In this document: in pieces, positions 16,545 through 20,162 of the stretch | Numbering within the stretch: position 1 is the stretch's first letter | How the letters are laid out: every line of letters begins with the position of its first letter | Source of the DNA: a virus | Lineage: Duplodnaviria; Heunggongvirae; Uroviricota; Caudoviricetes | Strand: one strand, 5' to 3' | Length of the DNA: 20,162 nt | IMG/VR virus record: IMGVR_UViG_2684623171_000007 | Program-made: the position numbers and the translations under genes | Notes under the pieces: generated by a model | Told to the model about the DNA's origin: nothing | Databases searched by the model: none | Seen by the model: the letters and a program-made list of their open reading frames with translations, nothing else

Positions 16545-16823
16545 TTAATCTGCTTTCTGAATTTCAGCTTCTGAATCCATACAAATAATTTCGATATAGG
16601 GTTCATCGCCATTAACCTGACGAGCCTTTTCAGCTTCGCTAATGATTTCTCGTACGGTCTGGTACGGAAGCTCCACAGTCAGGCGCGTACCGTTCAGATA
16701 AACGTAAGTAGCTGCGTTTTTTTCGGATGGAACAATTCCGTCAATGGCTGATGCGCGTAATAACAGTTCACCGCGAAAATCAATAAAACGGATAAATACA
16801 CCTTGTGCATGCTCTTTGGTCAT
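16545..16823 (-). CDS. hypothetical protein (start taken at the internal ATG 16823; ORF track extends to 16883)
   Basis: The ORF-track start at 16883 would overlap the upstream gene by 50 nt. The internal ATG at 16823 (MTKEHAQG..) follows an AGGTG Shine-Dalgarno and lies 10 nt after the upstream stop. Confidence 0.45.
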   Translation of the reverse strand: MTKEHAQGVFIRFIDFRGELLLRASAIDGIVPSEKNAATYVYLNGTRLTVELPYQTVREIISEAEKARQVNGDEPYIEIICMDSEAEIQKAD

Positions 16824-16833
16824 AAAGCACCTG

Positions 16834-17184
16834 TTATAAATCAGCCTGTTTAATAAAACTTTGCCCGCGAAGCAGACGATCAACCGTGCGAAGTGCTTCG
16901 TATAATGTGAAATCCTGCCCGAAGTGATTGTCGCCGCAGTTCAATGCAAAAATGCGGTTCCCGGTAAACGGATTGCGTGGGCATTTGTGGACCACGATTC
17001 CAGCTTTCTCAATCAGCCAGGCATGTTCGCCGATTTGTTTTACAGCGTGGCCATCCGGTGTTGCATGCGTCTCGTTCAGGTTATAGCGACTGTTACTACG
17101 TGATGCACTGGTAGCGACGTGGTGTACATGGCGTTCTACGCCATTACGAAATTTGGAGTATGGATTATTAGCGTTTTTTTTCAT
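16834..17184 (-). CDS. hypothetical protein
   Basis: ORF track 116 aa; operon context. Confidence 0.45.
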   Translation of the reverse strand: MKKNANNPYSKFRNGVERHVHHVATSASRSNSRYNLNETHATPDGHAVKQIGEHAWLIEKAGIVVHKCPRNPFTGNRIFALNCGDNHFGQDFTLYEALRTVDRLLRGQSFIKQADL

Positions 17185-17205
17185 GATGGTGCTCTGTTCA
17201 TTGTT

Positions 17206-17409
17206 TTAGCTGTTAGCCAAAGCGTCTTTTAACATCGCCACAAGGTTTACTTCAGGCTTTTCCATTTTGGCGCGTTTGGGGCGGATAATAATTCGACCGT
17301 CAGCCAACATCTTTTTGCATGTATTAAGAGGGATACCTGTTATCTCTGCATATTTCTGCAGGGATACATAGGGGGCATTCACATTGATATTGATGGTTAT
17401 ACCTGACAT
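17206..17409 (-). CDS. Cox/excisionase-like small HTH protein
   Basis: ORF track 67 aa. The segment PYVSLQKYAEITGIPLNTCKKMLADGRIIIRP resembles the P2 Cox segment as I recall it (IPYQEFAKLIGKSTGAVRRMIDKGKLPVI). Second gene of the early operon. Confidence 0.5.
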   Translation of the reverse strand: MSGITININVNAPYVSLQKYAEITGIPLNTCKKMLADGRIIIRPKRAKMEKPEVNLVAMLKDALANS

Positions 17410-17425
17410 CCCACTAGCCTCCTGA

Positions 17426-17632
17426 TCAGGAAGATTTGTTTTGTTCTTTCTGGGTTAGCTCTAGGCCGCGAAGGGAGATCATGCGCGCCATGTTAGAGGA
17501 TGAGCGTTGTTCTTTAGCTGCCATTTCATCAATGACGGCTCGCTCCTCGAGGGACAGCCGAAGTGCCAGTCTTGGACCTGTGGCGGTGTTACGCGGAATG
17601 CGTGATCTGGTATCGTGAAGAACTTGTTTCAT
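17426..17632 (-). CDS. ribbon-helix-helix (Arc/CopG-like) DNA-binding protein, first gene of the early operon
   Basis: ORF track 68 aa; the pattern PRLALRLSLEERAVIDEMAAKEQRSSSNMARMI fits a beta-strand followed by two helices as in RHH repressors. Immediately downstream of the divergent promoter region. Confidence 0.5.
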   Translation of the reverse strand: MKQVLHDTRSRIPRNTATGPRLALRLSLEERAVIDEMAAKEQRSSSNMARMISLRGLELTQKEQNKSS

Positions 17633-17707
17633 AGTGGTATATTGTGATCATCTAATAGCTCGTGAAATCATTTTGGTATCAAAAAAGATACCTGTCAAGG
17701 TTTTTGT
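17633..17707. promoter_or_regulatory. divergent promoter/operator region between the repressor gene and the early operon
   Basis: 75-bp intergenic region between divergent genes. Contains the perfect inverted repeat GGTATC-AAAAAA-GATACC (~17675-17692) next to a consensus TTGACA -35 hexamer on the minus strand (~17693-17698), plus TATATT/TAATAG -10-like hexamers. Confidence 0.5.
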
Positions 17708-18112
17708 ATGAAAAATGATATTGGTCGGCGGTTGCGTGAGGAAAGGGAAAGATTGGGACTTAGTCAAGTTGCCATGAGCGACATTGGTGGAGTCAAAAAG
17801 CTAACTCAGCTTAGATATGAGAAAGGAGATAGCTTTCCTGATGCTGCGTATTTGGCAGCGCTGTCTCGTTTTGGCCTTGATGTTCAGTATGTTGTGTTGG
17901 GAATTCACTCACCTGAAACTTATAACGATGATGAGCAGGAATTGATTACTCGCTTTCGAGCAGCTTCGTTAGATGTGAAAAACGCGGTGATTGGGGCTTT
18001 AAAAGGTGCGATCAGTGAAAAGGAAACTCAGCCATCAGGACGTGAGTTAAATATTTCTGGTGGTAATAACCGTATCGCTGGTCGTGACTATAACGAAACT
18101 AAGGGTAGGTGA
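17708..18112 (+). CDS. XRE-family HTH repressor (P2 C / 186 CI-like immunity repressor candidate)
   Basis: ORF track 134 aa. N-terminal Cro/C1-type HTH (IGRRLREERERLGLSQVAMSDIGGVKKLTQLRYEKGDSFPDAAYLAALSRFGLDV); divergent from the early operon and on the integrase strand, as in P2. Confidence 0.7.
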   Translation: MKNDIGRRLREERERLGLSQVAMSDIGGVKKLTQLRYEKGDSFPDAAYLAALSRFGLDVQYVVLGIHSPETYNDDEQELITRFRAASLDVKNAVIGALKGAISEKETQPSGRELNISGGNNRIAGRDYNETKGR

Positions 18113-18127
18113 TAGTAGGGAGGTGAC

Positions 18128-18778
18128 ATGGCCGTCAACTCAAACGGTTCAAACAATCGCGTTGCTGGGCGTGATTTTCACGAAAAGAATATTCAGATAG
18201 AGCGATATGATGGTTCTCATACCGTCAATATCGCAATCCCTTCGAATAATGATGATGACGATCGCCCTTTGCTTAAGGCTCAGCGTAAGGAGCTAAATAG
18301 CTTGGTTGCTGCTATTGCAGAAGCTAGCAATACTGAAGCGTTTATTATTTGGCAAAAAGTACATGCGGAGATTGGTGTAGCTGGTATTGATGATATGACA
18401 GTAAATCAATATAAAACAGCGGAGAGTTTTCTGCATGCAATGCTTGAGCGATGTAAAGATCATGATGCCTGTAAGGCTCTTGTAAGTTTATTACTACGTA
18501 ACAGTGAAGACTGTGGACTTCGACAAAAACTTCTGCGGTATTGCCATATCAATTTCGGTACAGGACGTTTAAACGATCTTACTCGTTCTCAGTTACAGTC
18601 TGCATTGTCGTGGTTAGAGCAACAATCGGCATCAAGCCACATAGAGAGTTCGACCTTACCAGAAGTCCGACTTCGTGCTTCAGAATTAATCCGACTTTAT
18701 CCAAAAGAAATAATATTCTTTATCTGCGTAGGGGTTTTGGTAGGCGGTGTCATTTCTAGGGCGTTTTTTAATTTGTAA
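18128..18778 (+). CDS. hypothetical protein with a C-terminal transmembrane anchor (cargo between repressor and integrase)
   Basis: ORF track 216 aa; GGGAGG Shine-Dalgarno 6 nt upstream. C-terminal hydrophobic segment IIFFICVGVLVGGVISRAFF. N-terminus repeats the motif found at the repressor C-terminus (GSNNRVAGRDFHE versus GGNNRIAGRDYNE). Confidence 0.55.
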   Translation: MAVNSNGSNNRVAGRDFHEKNIQIERYDGSHTVNIAIPSNNDDDDRPLLKAQRKELNSLVAAIAEASNTEAFIIWQKVHAEIGVAGIDDMTVNQYKTAESFLHAMLERCKDHDACKALVSLLLRNSEDCGLRQKLLRYCHINFGTGRLNDLTRSQLQSALSWLEQQSASSHIESSTLPEVRLRASELIRLYPKEIIFFICVGVLVGGVISRAFFNL

Positions 18779-18807
18779 TCTTACTTGAGCTAAATTGAGG
18801 TAATGAT

Positions 18808-19155
18808 ATGAAAGTAAAAAAGGTTCAACTATTAGTTACTTTTTTATCTATGTTTTCTTTTTCCGCCGTCGCAATGCCTTTTAAAACTATTGAACGTGAG
18901 AGTTTCAATGGGGTATGGCCATTTAATACTGATGAGGTTCAATTACAGTGTCTTGATGGTAATCCTTATGTGATGAATTTTGACGATAATAAGTTATATG
19001 CACTTACAGGTTTGGCTCGAATAAAAGGTAAAACATTTGGTGCGTTACCGTTAGATAACAATAATCCATTTTGGCTAGATAATGATGCCGCCCCAGGGTT
19101 AAAAAAGAGTCTGGGGGATGTCACTAAGGCTGCATTTGATTTATGTGATAAGTAA
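18808..19155 (+). CDS. hypothetical secreted/periplasmic protein with predicted signal peptide
   Basis: ORF track 115 aa; N-terminus MKVKKVQLLVTFLSMFSFSAVA looks like a Sec signal peptide. Mature part has two cysteines and is encoded by AT-rich DNA. Confidence 0.55.
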   Translation: MKVKKVQLLVTFLSMFSFSAVAMPFKTIERESFNGVWPFNTDEVQLQCLDGNPYVMNFDDNKLYALTGLARIKGKTFGALPLDNNNPFWLDNDAAPGLKKSLGDVTKAAFDLCDK

Positions 19156-19160
19156 CTAAA

Positions 19161-20162
19161 ATGTCGGTTCGTAAGATTCCATCAGGTAAATGGCTTTGTG
19201 AATGTTATCCCTACGGGGCATCGGGAAAACGCATTCGTAAACAGTTTGCGACAAAAAGTGAGGCGCTCTCTTATGAGCGCCGTTTAATGAATAGTAGAGT
19301 TGGAGACGAGTTTCAAGATGGTTCTGGTTCTCGTCTTTCTGAGTTGATTGCTCGTTGGTTTGAGATGTACGGTAAAACCTTGTCCTCTGGTGCAGAGCGC
19401 AAAGTCAAACTTGAGGCGATTTGTTCCAGGCTGGGAGATCCATTTGCTTCTCAGTTTGACAAAAATATGTTTGCTACTTATCGGGAAAGAAGGCTATCAG
19501 GAGAATGGAATCCCAAGGGGAAGAAAAAACTTAGTGAAGCAACCGTTAATCGCGAGCAGTCATATCTACATGCTGTTTTTGCCGAACTGAAGCGCCTTGG
19601 GGAGTGGTCTGGTGAAAACCCCCTGACTGGTATTCGCAAGTTTCGTGAGGAAGAAAAGGAACTGGCGTTTCTGTATGTAGATGAGATTGAACGCCTTCTG
19701 ATTGCGTGTGATGAGTCACGGAATAAAGATTTGGGGGTTGTTGTCCGTATTGGGCTTGCGACTGGTGCTCGGTGGAGTGAAGCAGAAGGATTAAAGCAAT
19801 CTCAAGTACTGCCCGGTCGAATCACATTTGTTAAAACTAAAGGAAAGAAGAACCGCACTGTACCGATTTCACCTCAATTGCAAGCTATGCTTCCTAAAAA
19901 ACGAGGAGCGCTATTTTCACCATGTTATGAGGCTTTTGACGCTGCAATTAAGAGAGCGAAGATCGAGCTTCCTGATGGGCAATTAACTCATGTGCTACGT
20001 CACACGTTTGCCAGTCATTTTATGATGCGGGGTGGAAATATTCTTGTGTTGCAAAAAATACTGGGGCATAGCGATATAAAAATGACTATGCGTTATGCGC
20101 ATTTTGCTCCAGGTCATTTAGAGGCTGCTGTTGAATTGAACCCTTTTGACAATAGAGGGTAA
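19161..20162 (+). CDS. int: tyrosine recombinase, phage integrase (P2 Int family)
   Basis: ORF track 333 aa; the catalytic-domain signature ..ATGARWSE.. / HVLRHTFASHFMMRGGNILVLQKILGHSDIKMTMRYAHF contains the conserved R, H-x-x-R and Y of tyrosine recombinases. The stop codon is the last triplet of the window, so any attachment site lies outside. Confidence 0.9.
   Translation: MSVRKIPSGKWLCECYPYGASGKRIRKQFATKSEALSYERRLMNSRVGDEFQDGSGSRLSELIARWFEMYGKTLSSGAERKVKLEAICSRLGDPFASQFDKNMFATYRERRLSGEWNPKGKKKLSEATVNREQSYLHAVFAELKRLGEWSGENPLTGIRKFREEEKELAFLYVDEIERLLIACDESRNKDLGVVVRIGLATGARWSEAEGLKQSQVLPGRITFVKTKGKKNRTVPISPQLQAMLPKKRGALFSPCYEAFDAAIKRAKIELPDGQLTHVLRHTFASHFMMRGGNILVLQKILGHSDIKMTMRYAHFAPGHLEAAVELNPFDNRG

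Overview
This window looks like a defective P2-like (Peduovirus-type) prophage remnant in an enterobacterial chromosome, with a P2-type integrase at the right edge. All calls rest on reading the sequence and ORF track by eye and on recalled protein families; no database search was run. Coordinates taken from the ORF track are exact; coordinates I placed by eye (hairpins, repeats, motifs, junctions) are approximate to about 2 bp. Layout, left to right: the N-terminal part of tail gene D on the minus strand (1-274); a plus-strand tail block FI-FII-E/E'-T-U (432-7316) in which FI is split by a complete 1310-bp IS629-like element with a 3-bp AAC target duplication and T carries a frameshift; a low-GC hexapeptide-repeat acyltransferase gene (7440-8045); a 5'-truncated tail-fibre assembly gene (8089-8621, minus) abutting a 3'-truncated second IS629-like copy (8622-~9678); then a minus-strand block of parR-like and parM-like genes with upstream dyad repeats (9711-11135), the P2 A-type replication initiator (11066-13888) and about a dozen small early genes up to a divergent promoter/operator (17633-17707); and on the plus strand an XRE-type repressor, two low-GC cargo genes and the integrase (17708-20162). 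Capsid, lysis and baseplate modules are absent. The most interesting candidates are: the actin-type ParMR-like cassette directly downstream of gene A; the two-gene cargo between repressor and integrase, which shares a peptide motif with the repressor C-terminus; the acyltransferase gene at the tail-fibre/sheath junction; a ~320-bp non-coding island in the early operon with a repeated 10-bp motif and terminators on both strands; and an apparent inversion of the FI-U block relative to D and tfa.
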